Shown: positions 36,001 through 50,600, counted from the first letter of the stretch. The stretch: DNA of 64,000 bases from Tubulanus polymorphus (GCF_964204645.1 NC_134036.1:1612001-1676000); one strand, 5' to 3'. Made by a program: numbers and translations. Notes: generated by a model from the sequence alone, not told the origin.

Positions 36001-39000
36001 AACACACGTACCTATATTCAAGCAATGTATCTATATGGAATGTATGTATGCAAATTGATATAGGATGTGCAGTACTACCCTAGACAGTGACAGCCATCTG
36101 TACAACACTACCGCAGACAGTGACAGTCATCTGCACAACTTACACCGTGCTCTATCTATCCCCTGGCAGTCTACTATCTCAAAACTCCGGTGTCCAGTTT
36201 CATTAAGGTTAGATAAGAATCAGTGTTAAAATGAATTCATTTCAAACCTTATATAGTCAAATGTCAACCACAAGACTCCTGTTTTATAGATATCGTGTCT
36301 TCAGAATATACTTAACGATATAGCTGAAACTCTTGCCGTCTACGGTGGTAAGCATTCGGACAGATGACAACATTGACGAATGAACCGATCAGATTTTCAA
36401 GGGAAATATCCCCAATGAAATAATCTCTTCAGACCATTTGGCAAAACATTTTGCTCACAGCATAACTTCACAAATGACTGGTAGACCGGTAGCAATCTCA
36501 GTATTTTAGAATTAATTTCAGGATAAAAGTAAAGAGGTTGAGTCTGTTTCAGTAGTGTTTGGTGTATAATGCAATAGGCTACATATCAAATCATTCGAAT
36601 TAGAATAATTTGCGGATGAAATTGCGAGGTCGCAAAACTGTCAGACATTTATCATAACGCATACAATTGATTCCCTTGGGACGACAGTCATATTGAGTCT
36701 GGGAGTGAATTTGGAACAGTCTGTACCGTCTGGCCATCACCTCTAAAAGCATCGAAGCTTGAGCTCAAGCCCAGTCCACATTGAGGGGAAAAGCTCAAGC
36801 TAAACCTAGTCTTTACTGAGGGAACAAGCTCAATATAAACCCAGTCCACACTAAGGAAAACAAGATGGCAGTTGTAGTTCACATAGAAAATTCTCCCCAT
36901 CCCCTCACAGCTATGGTATCAGCACCTTCAAATAGCTTCCCCTCCCCTCACAGCTGCTAGGGTATCAGCACCCGAGTGGTGCTACCTTCAAATAACTTCC
37001 CCTCCCCTCACAGCTATGGTAGTAGCGCAGATAACTTTCCCAGAACCCCTAAGCTCACCAACCCCCATTACTAAAGGTTAGTCAAAGTTTATTTCTCTGA
37101 GGGTCACGCGTGCGACGTTCATTTCAATAACAAATGAATAATAAAACACTTGAAGTTCAACAGACGATACTTCAAGTTCTAACGGAACCGAATTTTTGAC
37201 TGCAAATTTAGAAATCCATACAGCACACCGTGAATCAAACTATGCGTGTAAATATGAATACATGAATTAGGTGTACCTTTTGTAAATGCATTATCTACAG
37301 CGAGAAGCCTGGTAAAAAGTGCTCGCGACCACAACATTGTGCTGTGCAGCGCCTTTCAAAAAGCAATATAAGAAGAACTGAACTTTTCAATGTTGATTCG
37401 ATCTAATAAAGACAGTATAATCGTCAGCGCAGTGTGTGCATGAGCATGAATCTATTTTCGTTTTTGTTAAAATGCGTCGATGCAAAAAAATGGCAATCGC
37501 GAAAAAGAATCGTGTTTGGACAAAAATCGTTGTCAGAACGGTATGAAAAATTACAGGTCTATTCGATTTTCTATATATATATATATAATATATATAAATG
37601 AGGACAGTCCCAATGGACTCTAAAGCTGCTAAAAAGGGTAATCGTTCGTGGTTCCGTAAATAGGAAAACTATATTTTATATATGTATATTTATAAACCAT
37701 CTACGTGTATATTTGTCGTAGGCCAACGTTAAAGAAAGTCAATGGCAAAGGAGACCGGAATGGTCGGGATGAGTGAACCTTTTCCCATTCATACCGCCAT
37801 ACCTAGATCTGTCTAAATAAAACAGTTCGAACAGTTCTACTTTACCGATACAACTCAATAAAAATCATAAAACTCAATAAATCGCTAGCAAATAAAACTA
37901 TGGAAGTGGTTCTCGGAAAGAGATATGAAAAACTAATATTATTGGATTCAAGTGTGAATGTGAGGGTTCGCGTATCGAGAGCGCGCGTTTAGCAAATAAA
38001 GCGTTCACAAGAAGAAAAAGTCGATCGACATCGCTAAAAGTCATATGACACATATTAATTGATATAGAATATTCTCGCTCTTCTCGGGCAACACAAGTCT
38101 TTACTGAGATATTAATATCGAGGTTATGTTTTCAGAGATTCGAGTAGATCAACAATATTGTTGAAGAGTCGATAGGTCTTCAATAGTGTAATCGGTCGTA
38201 TATATGTGAATGTATAAATTCCCTTTCCCTCACCCTCTCCACTCATCGACTCGTCACCCGTATGCTCACAGTACCATTCTTTATCTTATTTCCCTCTCCT
38301 CGCCCTCACAGCTATGGTTGCATAACCACCAAATAACTGTTCCTCCCCTAACAGCTATATGGTAGCAGCACCCTAGTGACGTTACCTTCAAATAACTTCC
38401 CCTCCCCTCACAGCTATGGTATCAGCACCCTAATGACAATATCTTGCCCTCCCCTCACAGCTATGGTATCGGCACCCTAGTGGTGTTACCTTCAAATAAC
38501 TTCCCCTCCCCTCACAGCTATATGGTATCAGCACCCTAGTGACGCCACCTTCAAATAACTTCCCCTCCCCTCACAGCTATGGTATCAGCACCCTAATGAC
38601 AATATCTTGCCCTCCCCTCACAGCTATGGTATCAGCACCCTAATGACAATAACTTCCCCTCCCCTCACAGCTATGGTATCAGCACCTTAGTCGTGTTACC
38701 TTCAAATAACTTTCCCTCCCCCCACACTGTCCCTATCGTCCCTCCATTTCTTAAAATACATGTACGATCAAGCTACCCATCTCTCCCCTCTCTCCAGAAC
38801 CTTATCTCCAGTCCCCACCATCCCAAACTCTCCCTATCTCTCCTCCATATCGTACTAAGTATAAATTAGCCCCTCTTTCCTGGAAGTTTCCAATCATTTT
38901 CGAGTCTCTGGCGATGAAAACATCGAAACGTAAGAAAAATGAATTTATCTCTAAACCTCATCAATTTTGGGTTTGCTTTTTATATCAACTTCGAAAATCA

Positions 39001-42000
39001 AACTCTACATCATCAGGCGAATGCATCGAATCAGTGACGATTAAAATTTCGAAACGTTAGAAATATACTGTAGATTAATATAAACCTCATCAATTTGTGG
39101 GTTCGCTTATCAACTGAGGAAATCAAACTCTACCAGTGATAACATCTTCCCTCTATCTGTCCCCCTCTCTCCCCAATCTCTCATCTGTTTTATACCTTTT
39201 CCCACTCAATCCCACCCACTCTGATATAGAATCACTGTTCAGTCTACCAGATTTTTTCGCCCATCCATTGCAGCCTACGTGTTGGAACGCATATGTACAA
39301 TCATACAGAGTGAGAGAGAGAGAGAGACCACTTATCACCAGCAAGCGACAATTTCAATTTTTATCGTTCATGAAATCAAGGGGTAATTTGCGCTGCGGTC
39401 CTATTTCAGGCGGTGGCTTATTAACAACAGACCTACTAACCAAAAAATTAGCTTTGCTATACATATATTTATTGAGAGGTCGATGCAACCAAAGTTCCCC
39501 GTTATATATACACACATAAAGACGTGTCTCCTCTGAACTATTGTCCCCTGATCGTAGCGGCTGCTATTATACACCACAGTTAATGATGAGTAGTTTATTG
39601 TGTATCGCGTAAAGTTGAAACCATCTTCCTACAAAAGGTGATCTCAATACGTTAACCAGATTCCGCGTGGCTTTTATAAACCCTCTATACAAATATGGCA
39701 TTTATAAAAAGAAATAGTGACTATTACTCCTGTAAAGAACAGGCCTTCGATATCTTTTTTTTTTTTGTTGTTGAAAATTATGACAATTCTGTAGAAGTAT
39801 AACAACCCAAATCTACCGATCAGATAGATAAACAAGGTTAATCCCTATTGCAAGATGAAAAAAATCTCATCAAATTGATTTGATGATATTGAAACCTATG
39901 ATTTGATGAAATAGAGACCTTACTTGATGATATAAAGACCTAAACAGCTGTTAAATAGGGTACAACAATAGTGCAACAAAATGACCATCATTTAACAGTC
40001 AAATACATAATCGCTCTCATATCTCGTATATTGAATACACAAATGTAAATTGAATCTCAATGGTATCAGTTTCATATATAATTTTACTGTTAGCAAGTGG
40101 AGACTGATAGAGTATTGCACCACGTACAGATCGAGCAAATCCCCAACTATTAATCTCTCCCTCTCCCTCTCCGGCTCTCCGGCTCTCCGGCTCTCCGGCT
40201 CTCCGGCTCTCCGGCTCTCCGGCTCTCCGGCTCTCCGGCTCTCCCTCTCCCTCTCCCTCTCCGTCTAAGCTCATTGTGGCTCTATAACCAATCTAACAAC
40301 TTAAGACCAGTCTAAGCTCATCATGGTTCTATAACCAATTTGGCATGTTTAAGAACGGTCCCATTTTTAGACTTGCACTTAATCCGACTCAGGTAAACAA
40401 ACGTATAAATTACGAAAAAATGATCGAGATAAATCAACACGGAGAGAAAGGCTGCAACAGAGCGTCGTACCGGTTAACGCCGTTACCATGGATACTACGT
40501 GTACGCTACAAGATTTATCACTGAATGACGTTGTTGTCGTCTAGTCTAAAGAGTCGAGGCTCATCTGGTGCAAATTCGTGTCGCCCAATAATGCGTTTAA
40601 TGATGAATTGCTCGCTTGTGAATGTGTACCGGCAGAACGCAATAATCGAAGCAAATAATGTGGAGCATATTGAAGAACCTCAACATCAAAGTCAAAATGC
40701 AAAATCAAATTATTCGTCGATTAGATGCAAGAACCTCGATAGCCTGAAATCAAAATACTCGTGGATTAAATGCAAGAACCTCGATATCCTGAAATCAAAA
40801 TACTCGCGGATTAAATGCAAGAAGAACCTCGATATCCTGAAGTCAAAATACTCTTGGGTCAAATGCAGGAACCTCGAAATCCTTGGGTCCAAAAACAAGT
40901 ATGGATTAAATGCGTGGTTAATAGGTTTTTCTTGAATGTTGTACTGCGATGCAGAGACTCTCATCCAACTCCTCCAATTTACCGCTTATATACAAGACCT
41001 TAAACAAAGTGCTCGACCCAAGCTAGACTTTCCCAACTATATCCTATACTTAGAGCTTCCCATATTCCCCTTGAACCACTCAACATTGCCATTTTGTTCA
41101 TCTTATATATCTTACTCTCAAGAACTCGTTCCTTCCTGCCACCAACCTCCCTGTAATCTCCCATTAAAAACTGTTCCAAGTCAATGCCATGAATGACGTT
41201 AACTCAACCTCCTTATTCTGAACTCACTTTATGAATGCTTGGCACCCTTTTACCAGCGTGTTATATTTGTTGGCCATGCCAGCCAAGCCATGCACGTTAC
41301 GATGCAATCATCATAAACTTTTTCTTTTAATCAATTTTTACAGTAGACTTCTCCCAACTCGGTATAGTACCGATGTCGTCGGCACACCAATTAATTTCAG
41401 CTGGTAAATGAAATTAGATGTAAAAGGCTTTTGTCACACGAGGAATACATTTCAAAATCCTACTCCTTGCTTTCGAGCATTTTGTAGACAAATTCTACTT
41501 GTTATTTCCATGGACTTTCGTTTAACAGTCGATGGTATTTCAAAACACGACAACTTTACCGCAGTAAGAGATGGAGTATTTCAATCTCAATGAAGGTATT
41601 TCGTCTCACCTCCTTCCATCAGTATTTTACAACTTCATTTACCAGTCTCAATTTACTGCAGTAAGAGACAGGGTCTTTCTCAACCCCAAGGAAGGTTTTT
41701 CATTTCGCCTCCCTATACAATTCACAACCTTAGGAGTCTCCAATTTACCGCAGTTAGGGAAAGAGTATTAATTCTAACCCCAAGGAAGTTATTTCTTCAA
41801 ACCTCCCTATACTTCACAACTATATTACCAGTCTCAACTCAACTGCAGTAAGACATGATTTCAGGAGGTCGCTGCACAACCCAAATGGAAGGTCTATGGT
41901 TGCAGCACCTCCCTACTCATCAATATCATTTGTCTACAACTCCAGGGTAGAATTTACTGAGTAAATTTTTACCAAAAACTTTTACCAAGTGAGGCAGAGT

Positions 42001-42147
42001 CTACTATAATCGCTTTCCAAATAAGACAACAGCCTTTACGCCTGGCGACTTTGTCCATTTTGCTGTGCGTTACTGCGAAGCATATTATAGGCCTACATAA
42101 ATAGAATATGATCACATGATTGTCTTAAAGCCTACATTGGAATATAC

Positions 42148-42178
<31 letters not shown>

Positions 42179-44582
42179 TCGAAGCAAACCGACTATTGAC
42201 CCCCAAAATTCATTTTGTTTAACATATGTTTAAAAAAGACACTATACATTACAACAAAAATCCATGCAAAAACCACATGAACACAATATACGTGATTATT
42301 ATACAACACCACCGATATTATTCAGAACAAAAAATTAGCGATTTAAAAAAATTGAACAAACAAACAAACAAACAACAATGACAAACGGTTATGAAAATAA
42401 TATGTCGTCGCACGGCAACAAGCATTTCGATTCGGAAGAACAAACGCGTTCGGCAATTTCCGTGACGTTGTTCGGCCTATAACCGATCGACACGGAATTA
42501 GCCGAACGGTTTCGTAAACAAATCATTTCAAACAGTTATCAAATGAGTATATTATCTATCATTATCATTATAATCATTATTATCATTATTATCATTAATC
42601 ATTGGTAAAGCCCTGATCCGCACCTGCCAGCGGTCGTAACATAGCTCGATATAAGTTGGGGAACTGAATTTTGAAAAACAAATCGCCATAAGGCTAAAAA
42701 AAATTGATACCTTGTTTCTCCGCTCTGCTGAGCTTAAATGTTGACCCGGCCGGCCGCCTATCTACCCTGTACATTACTTTTTTAAAAATCGTGATCAATT
42801 TTACCATAACAGACCCGGCCGCTATAGAAATGAACTGTTTATAAATTTTATCATATTTTACTAATTTTACTATGACCCGGCCGCTGCGGAGAAACAAGGT
42901 ATCATTTTTGTTTAGCCTAAATTGTACCCCTATTTGGTTGATATACCTAGAGCTACCACTGGCACGTGAGGTGGTGGGAAAGTGAATGTAGAAAATGTAG
43001 GCCAATGAATCTGTGTGACGTCATCGTAAATTCGTTGATATTCGAATCGGTGCGCGGGCGGCGGCGGCCGGAAATTGCCGAGACATCCCGATATAGTACC
43101 GACGATAAAACCTGACATATCATCAGAGAATCCCAGCGGCGGATGTCGGTATTTTAGTGCTATGGTTTTGTTCATTTTTTTAAAAATCGCACCTGACTCG
43201 AAGAATTTCGATGCATTGGCCTGCAGCAGCTGCTGCTGATAGTATCGAAATAACGCGCATGACCCCAAAAACCCAGCAAATCATCGATTTTGCGCAGATT
43301 GATTTTTTTAAGGAATTTCTCAGAAATTAAAAAAGAGATAAAAAGTAATTTATTATTTTTTTAGCGCCTGAATTATAAATCAAAAGTCCGCCATAACGCT
43401 GATAACGTTTTTAATGCAAGTGCTCGCTAAATGCCAACATTTTTTTTTTTCAGAAAACAAATTAGGCCCAATCTAATTCAAATTCGATGGTAGAAATATC
43501 ATTCTTTATGACGCCGCCAAATCAGTTTTAACGCCATATTTTGCACTGGTCCCAACAATCGCATTATAAACTACTTTTACTGTCTCAATAGACACATTTT
43601 TCTACCAACTCACAAAACTGTGGAACTGGGGCCAAAACCGACTCGATGATATTGCTGGGTCTGTTTAAGGAAATGCACTAAAGGTCTCATAGGTTACAGA
43701 AGAAAGATTCAAATTTTCAAATGTTGTAAATAATATTGCGAATTTAAATTAACTAAATTGCTTTTTTTTTGTTTTTGTTTTTTGTTGTTGTTGAGTTTCA
43801 AAAGAGAAGAACATACTTTTGGTTAATTATAGATTTTTTGTATTTAAACACATTAAATACATACACATGTGGTGGTAACCTTCAAGTGTGAACCCTATAT
43901 TCAAAAAAATAACATACAAAATCAATTTCATTTAATCAAACAGCGAAGCAGCGGGGGATAATAACAAAACCGTTTCATCAGTTTCACGAAACAGTTAAAA
44001 TCAAATTTCTAGAAATTTTCGAAAGGATAGAGAAACAAATGTATCGTTTTATTTTCGCCTAAGCCGCCATTACTGTCCATCAGTCCCTGGAACCGATGGG
44101 TTTTTTGCCAGAAGCCACTCTTGCCGCTAGGGGGCAGCACAGCTCCACGCGTAATATAATTAATTAAACGCATTTAAAAAGCCGTTTGGTGAAGCGGGAA
44201 AATCTTCGCCGTCAATTTCCAGCAGACAACATTGAATAAAAAGCCGGTGGGGGGGGGGGCGTGTGATCAGTGAGCTAAGCGCGATCAGGGGGGTGGGGGC
44301 AGCAGGTGCGTACTGAAAATACCGCTAGGTGGCGTGCATTATACATATATATTAGAAAAACTTACCGAAAAAGGCATCGAACATGTAGTCCACTTTTTTC
44401 CGTTGGAACTCGGTGAGTTTACTCAGACCCGGCGATTTAGGTCGATCCGTCGGGTAAGGTATATGCAGTAAGTCTAAAGCGACCCCTGCCGCCGAATTCC
44501 GGCGAATTCCCGAGCCGGGTATCACATCTGACTCGTCTTCGTTGGTCGTATGTCCGTTCTTAGTTTCGGTTGCCGCGGCCAT
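27057..44582 (-). CDS. Calexcitin / sarcoplasmic calcium-binding protein-like EF-hand protein (~288 aa, 5 exons)
   Basis: Exons 44582-44366, 28943-28753, 28291-28135, 27735-27581, 27203-27057, all in phase. Family motifs LTEFQRKKVDYMFDAFF, FMFNCMDVNGDGVIDKEEY (canonical EF loop) and C-terminal FEKLWFEYLTS..EPGNYILG. Confidence 0.88.
30383..31916 (+). CDS. capA: CapA/PgsA family (poly-gamma-glutamate synthesis, PGA_cap metallophosphatase-fold) protein, ~415 aa, 2 coding exons, nested antisense in the EF-hand gene intron
   Basis: Exon 30383-30645 (AG|GTATTG) joins exon 30932-31916 (TTTCAG|A) in frame. N-terminal TM anchor, then SFVGDIMVH, IGNLE, FSAP..L..AL..AGFDVLVTANNHATD, HTG, VVHWGKEY, VIGSHPHVLQP, YSLGNF. 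Confidence 0.92.
32439..32558 (-). ncRNA. U5: U5 spliceosomal snRNA (copy 1)
   Basis: Reverse complement AUCACUCUGGUUUCUCUUCA...AAAUCUUUCGCCUUUUACUAAAGAUUUCCGUGGAGAGGAACA...UAUUUUUGAAG plus 3' hairpin CCCUCCU/AGGAGGG; invariant loop I GCCUUUUAC and Sm site present. Confidence 0.95.
32595..32618 (-). promoter_or_regulatory. snRNA proximal sequence element (PSE)-like motif
   Basis: CACCGTTTATAAAGGCAATG about 55 nt upstream of U5, conserved at the same distance from copy 2 (33673-33696). Confidence 0.55.
32810..32900 (+). mobile_element. Decayed Penelope-like pLTR / hammerhead-like motif
   Basis: CTGATGA...GAAACGCCGTGC-TTTGAATAAATAAAATTC resembles the 1101-1190 arm. Confidence 0.4.
32958..33440 (+). 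repeat. Tandem duplication of ~220 bp between the U5 genes
   Basis: ACTAATTTAGTAGTCACGCTGAGAAGCCGATCCC... occurs at 32958 and 33180. Confidence 0.9.
33251..33290. mobile_element. 40-bp palindromic TIR-only insertion with 8-bp TSD
   Basis: GCCATGAC|CATGGACGTATAAACTAGATATCTAGTTTATACGTCCATT|GCCATGAC; the first duplicate copy shows the empty site (GGGCCATGACTTAAG near 33019). Confidence 0.85.
33516..33636 (-). ncRNA. U5: U5 spliceosomal snRNA (copy 2)
   Basis: Near-identical to copy 1, including loop I and Sm site; small differences near the 3' hairpin. Confidence 0.95.
38300..38722 (+). repeat. 57-bp minisatellite family, further locus
   Basis: Same unit as 9858-10470. Confidence 0.9.
40155..40262. 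repeat. (CTCTCCGG)n / (CTCTCC)n microsatellite
   Basis: 8-bp unit repeated about 9 times, flanked by 6-bp units. Confidence 0.9.
40700..40885 (+). repeat. ~45-bp tandem repeat
   Basis: Unit AAATCAAAATACTCGTGGATTAAATGCAAGAACCTCGATATCCTG, about 4 copies. Confidence 0.8.
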
Positions 44583-45435
44583 GATTGTTGCGTGTATCAA
44601 AATTTAAAAATTCTAATTCTCGAAAATAAAAAACCCAGATAAAACCTGTTGAACTTGTTGCGCGTTCGAATAGAATCCGTATCAACAAAACGAATTATGG
44701 TTAATTCCGAAATCATCCATCATATACAAAAAACGACCACGTCCGAAAAAGATGTTTCGTGCTTTAAACGACGACAGCGCAGGTTCGGCAGAAGAAAAGG
44801 ACGCGAGCGGTTATATATTCAGATAAATCCCAGACAGCAGTAGCAGTGCCGTGTCGATACCAGACAGACGACGAGTGTTGCACGACTAATGTCTTCAAAA
44901 CAGTCGGTGTGGTTTAAACGTGCGGTCGGTAGCGCCTCGCACACCAGTACCGTAATGTGCGTGGAGTAATAATTCCCGCTGTCCTGATTATGCTATATAT
45001 CGCCTGGCGTATTTGATCCCTATTATGCTAATCAAATATATATTTATATGTCTATGTATGCGTACACGGCATGCAGAGATATATAGGTTGTTCCGACAAA
45101 AAAAAAAACTATGTCGCGATCTATTATTTCGTATTGTATCGAATTGAAAAGGCGTCTCTCGCTCAGAGGTCTAGCGCAGATAAAAAGCAGCGTTCGTTTC
45201 TATACTCTCTGTATCTCTACTAGTCTGCTTGTCTGGTCTGATCCTGTCGCGTGTGATGCGTCCCCGCGCGCTATGTCGCTATCAGTGATGCCCTTTTATG
45301 AAACAGTGCCATCAGGTCCCACGGCGGTACTCGCGACACTTATGAATTTCAAACCCGAGCGTTTCAAAATATTAGTTATTTTTATTCGCACCTGTTGCAT
45401 TGAATGCTCGTCTGCTTAAACCATTGTATAAATTG

Positions 45436-45805
45436 CTGTGGAACTGTCGAAGTTACGATAATGTGGAACAAATCAGAGTGGAACTGAACCCGCAGGGTCA
45501 AATTGTATCCACACAATTGTGGAACTGGGTCCCGAGTTAAATTAAACCCACACAACTGTGGAACTGGGTCCAGAGTCAAATTAACCCCACACAACTGTGG
45601 AACTTGGTCCAGAGTCAAATTAAACCCACACAACTGTGGAACTGGATTCAGAGTCAAATTAAACCCACACAACTGTGGAACTGGATTCAGAGTCAAATTA
45701 AACCCACACAACTGTGGAACTGGATTCAGAGTCAAATTAAACCCACACAACTGTGGAACTGATCCAGAGTCAAATTAAACCCACACAACTGTGGAACTGG
45801 ATTCG
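45436..45805 (+). repeat. 39-bp tandem minisatellite
   Basis: Same unit as 12872-13172, about 9 copies. Confidence 0.92.
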
Positions 45806-47653
45806 GAATCAAATGGAATTTATGGTGCCAGATAAAAATCTTTAACACGCACAACTGTGGGCGATTCCACAATTTTGGATCTTAAGAGGGTCAAATCGAA
45901 CCCGGTTAAGGTTAAAAAAAGGTCTTGAATTCCACAACAGTTTGGAACCGGATAAAAAAGCCAGAGATCAAACTGTGGAATCAATGACCAGAAAAAGGTC
46001 CAAAACCAGTTAAACCTAGTAGGCCTACACGTGTATCACCGGGCCGCCCCGACTGAATTAGGGTGACTCAGTCCTCCGTGACCCGTGCCTGCTGTTAGTA
46101 AGTACAGAATCGTGATTTTCGCAGAAATAATTTCGGCATATACGTTTTTTTTCTAGAACGGGCGGCGGTTTCGGCTTTGATGATTGTCACGATTCTCGGA
46201 TATCATCAGTCAGTCAGAGTCCCGTGATTACAGCATCATTCAATCTATACAATTATACCTCGTAAACAGAAACGTGATCAGCGGCGTACGTCAGCTTAAC
46301 TTAGACGTATTTTCGTGTTGTCAAAAATATTATCGAAAATAATTATTTCTCAAAACGGCGCGCAGGGTCGCGGGTATCGGGAACACACTGTACTGGATGG
46401 CACTGATTGGGGAGGCAGTTGGTACTTTCCAGTTCACGGGAAAATGACAGCAATCCGCTGGATGATTGCATATAGCCCCCCCCCCCGAAAAACTAGATGC
46501 ACGTACAGTTCAGACATGATTGGGGCTGAATTAGTGATTTTGAGTGTGTAGACCTTTAATCGTTCAAACACTCGATAATCTGAACCCCAAAAAATTATAG
46601 GCCTTCGTTCTAGGGTTCAGAACACGCACACGGCGACGACTCTGATCCGCCGGCGGGGCGGCAGCACATTGCGGTAGTAATTTCATCGAATTATGAAATC
46701 TTAGGTATCTATCCATTTGATGGATTTTACATACCGGGTTCAACGACGGTACCCGCAGTTCACGATGTCGAAACCCGCGGGTTTATTTGGGCGACTCGTT
46801 GAGGGCCCCGCCGGGTCCGCCAGCCGGGCGGGCGCCACTAGGGCCTTGTCTCTTTGGCTTTTCCGCCTTTTAAGTTTATTTTTGTAGTAACCACTTTATT
46901 CTGTGTGCGGCATGGAGAAGGGGTTTACCAGACTGGTGAAGCCTTGGTGAGCTCGATGCTTGAGCATGTTGCCGCCGTGCGTTACGCTCTTGTCGCCCCT
47001 CAGCCTCATGACAGATCACACACCATCATGTGTCTCCACCTTCCCTAACTATCGCTCCTCCTAGTCTCAGGTAATTCCACTCTGTGCACATGGGTACTAG
47101 CTCAACATAAATACCACCAGTAATGATTCGACTGGTCGGAATCCCCAGAATTTTAAATAACCAGTTTATTTTAACATTTATTTTAAACAAATATATCATT
47201 TGAAGGTTAAAATAGAATATGTGAGCCAAAATTCACCCTAACTACAACCTTGATCTACCCTCCGGTAAAGTGGTTCGGTCTGCCGGTGTTTACATCTACG
47301 ACACGTGCGGCCGGGAAACCCCTGTCTCTCCGAAACTAAATAGGTAGGTCGCTATAAAACCCTTTCATACGGCGAATGGACGTGTTACAGGCACCGGTAT
47401 TGAGCCGTTGACGGGACTAGTGAAGCATATCTCCGGTTTGGGCTGGGTTAATCGGGTATATAACACCCGGCGCGCTCACTACCGGCCATGAAACCCGGTT
47501 AACTTCAGCGCAGTGGATCAACAAGACAAGGGAGTGACTGTGGGGAATCTTTTAGCCTGCTGACAGTTCACTCGTTGATATCGAGTCAGCAAAGAGAGAA
47601 ATTATTTTGCAATCTCATAAATCGGTAGTAATAACTTTAGTGCGCTACCTAAA

Positions 47654-50600
47654 ATGTCTTTTCAACCGTTTATGGTGAGTTGTTCGTTGGTTTATTTTCT
47701 CCATAATTTTAGGATTTCATTTTTTTGAATGGATGAAAAAAGGAGATATCGCCAAATTATGAAATTTGATTGAAAATATTTGGAATTCATTCATCTATGG
47801 TTATAAGGTGGGCCATTTTTAGTCCTGCTTAATTAGGTAGTTGCATTTGAACCAAATAGTATTTGGACTTGGAGAGAGGCTAAAATGACCCTAGAGGCCT
47901 ACACAAATAGGCTGACCCATCAATTATTATAACTTAGAAAAGGAAACTGCCTTTTGGATTCTGCCTGTAGGGTTCAGTAAGTGCTCAGAAATTGATTGTA
48001 CGCTAATCCATTAAATCCGCAGTGGATTAAAAGATAGGCGACCATGTGATCATTAATATGTTGGATGACTTAATCCAAATAACAACGTGCACTAATTAAT
48101 TACTAATTGAATAAGACTCACGAATTAAGACTCAAAAATAGAGATGACTTCAGTTATGTGACGATTTATACTGAAGTAAATAGAATTTTGAACTAAAAAA
48201 CGAGTAAACATTATCTCAGTGAGGTAACTAAGGTAACAAGTTTAATTGTAATATTACTGACTGCGATTGTTGTTGTATTTCAGCCACCGTACTCGGACAA
48301 TGTTTGCGGTTACGGTATCAATTTGAATCCGTCGTCTCAAAACCCGTACGTAACCACGGCGACGACAGGTGTGACGGGAAACAACGCCGCGACGACCAAC
48401 AATAACAACAACCAACAGCAGGATCTGTTGAAGAAAATAACCTCGTTACTGGACAACTCGTCGCTGGATCTCGCGTCGTCACGGCAACAACATTTACAAC
48501 AACAGCAGACGATCTCGAGACCGCAGCCTCATTCTGACTTACACAAACTTACCGGTAAGAATCGAGGTCCCAGGACTCGTGTTCCAGACAAGAACCAGTT
48601 ACTGAAAAGTTGTTTGAGTTAATCAGTGGATAATTAACATAGTAACAATTAGAACTGCATTGTAACTATGGTATCTATCAGGGTCTGCGGTTGCTCTAAA
48701 GTTGTTTAGAGCAACCGCAGCCCGATATGTTCTCATCACTGATTTATATCCGAAATCTGGTAAACATAAGACTTGGACCCATGGGCTGCAGTTGCTCAAA
48801 TCTTGGTTAGAGTTAACCAGTGGATAGTTGACATAGTGAGTGACAACTAAAAGTACATGGTTACTATAGTAATTATCCGCCGGTTATCTTTAACCAACGG
48901 TTGAGCAACTGCAGCCCCTGCAGTTTGGGAGTTTTAGACCAAGCAGTATCTCAAAAGTTGTGTACAGTTAGCCAGTGGATAGTTGACATAGTGACAATTA
49001 GTCATTGTTCATTGTTACTATGATATTTATCCGCCGGTTATCTTTAACCGACTGGCCCCAGGATGTTCGCAATTTTAATATTGCGCTCCAGACTCTAGTA
49101 TTCCGGACTTTGACCTGTTTTTCCAGGCTTTAGTGTTCCAAACTTCAATCTTGCGCTCCAGACTCAAATGAACTTTGACCCGGTGCTGCAGACTCTTATT
49201 CCAGATTTTGACCTGGCATTAAAGACTGATGCTCTGGACTTCTGATCCGGCCACAACAAAAATTAACGATTGTAATTTTCCCGTTCCAGATAAACTGCCT
49301 CCTGTGGCGGCCGCGATGATGACAAGTGGAGGAACTCCGCAACTCTGCCCGGACGTACAAAATCTGTTTAACAGCGCAACAATCGTCGGTAACCCTGGTT
49401 ACCACATGATTGGCGGCATGTCGTATATACCGACAATACAGGATTTATCACAAGGTATGATTAACAGCCACTAGGTGTCGCCAGCTTCCCAGATGTACCC
49501 CGCTCACCAGTTGTCGCTACTTTTTAGCCACCAGGTGTCTCCACTGTTCTTTCCCTTCGTTAAAATGAAAAAAGATTGTTGCGAAAATTTTTCATTTTTT
49601 TGTTTTTTCTTAAATTCAGGAATTCGTGCTTTTAACACTTTGTACGCAGCTGGTGGCTCCGGTACGGCCGGTAACCTAGGCAACCTAGGACCGTTACAAC
49701 AGACAAACACGAACCAGTCGCACGCGATGGCGCCGGGCGGCGGCGGAGGAGGCGGTATTAATCTCGCTGCTATGATACAACCGGCTCAGCATCAACAATC
49801 GCTAGGAGCCGATCTGATCAGTGGCGCCATCTCTAGTCAGGCGTTAGAAAACTACGAAACGCCCGTGAAATATCGACCAATCAGAGGAGCCGATCCTAAC
49901 ACATCTCACGGGTAAATATTCATCCAAACTCGATGATGTCATAGGGGGATTTATTGCTATTACACATCACCAAATCAATTTGATGAAGTCATAGTGGGGT
50001 TTATGTAGGCAGACATCTCTTCTGAAAATGTCTGTATCACTAAATAAGTTAAATGATTTTAAGAGGCAGCCATCTTGTCATAAGGGGGATTTTAAGAATC
50101 ATTTGATGATGTCATAGGGGGATATTCGGTAACGGACATCTTTACATATCACCGAATCAATTTGATTATTATGAAGGTATCTCTCCTATTTGATGATGTC
50201 ATAGGTGGATGATATAGAGGGTGTTTTTGATGATGTCATAGGTGGATGGTAAAGAGGGTGTCTGATGATGTCATAGGTAGATGGTATAGAGAGTATATGG
50301 AGTATGCGGGAAATTGCACCATTTTGCACATGGAATTTCAGAATTTTCTGGGCAAATTTTCTAACTGGGCCCCCTCCCCAAAACAGCCCTAGATCCGCCC
50401 CTTATAGGTGGATATTTGCTGATATGATGTATATGTTTTGTAGTGAGTATTCCCCGAATGCGTTGAGCAGTAGTACCCCGAGTGATCGCAGTATGACCAG
50501 CGGTTACAACAGCCCCGGTCCGGGCGGACGATTCATAACATCGCGATCTAATTCACCTTTCGACTCGTCAGACGCTAGTTACCTGTCGACGGATTCGTCG

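Noticed and set aside
46854-47048. ORF containing VRHGEG, resembling the histidine-phosphatase RHG motif
   Set aside because: No other family motifs, no ATG start and no convincing splice sites.
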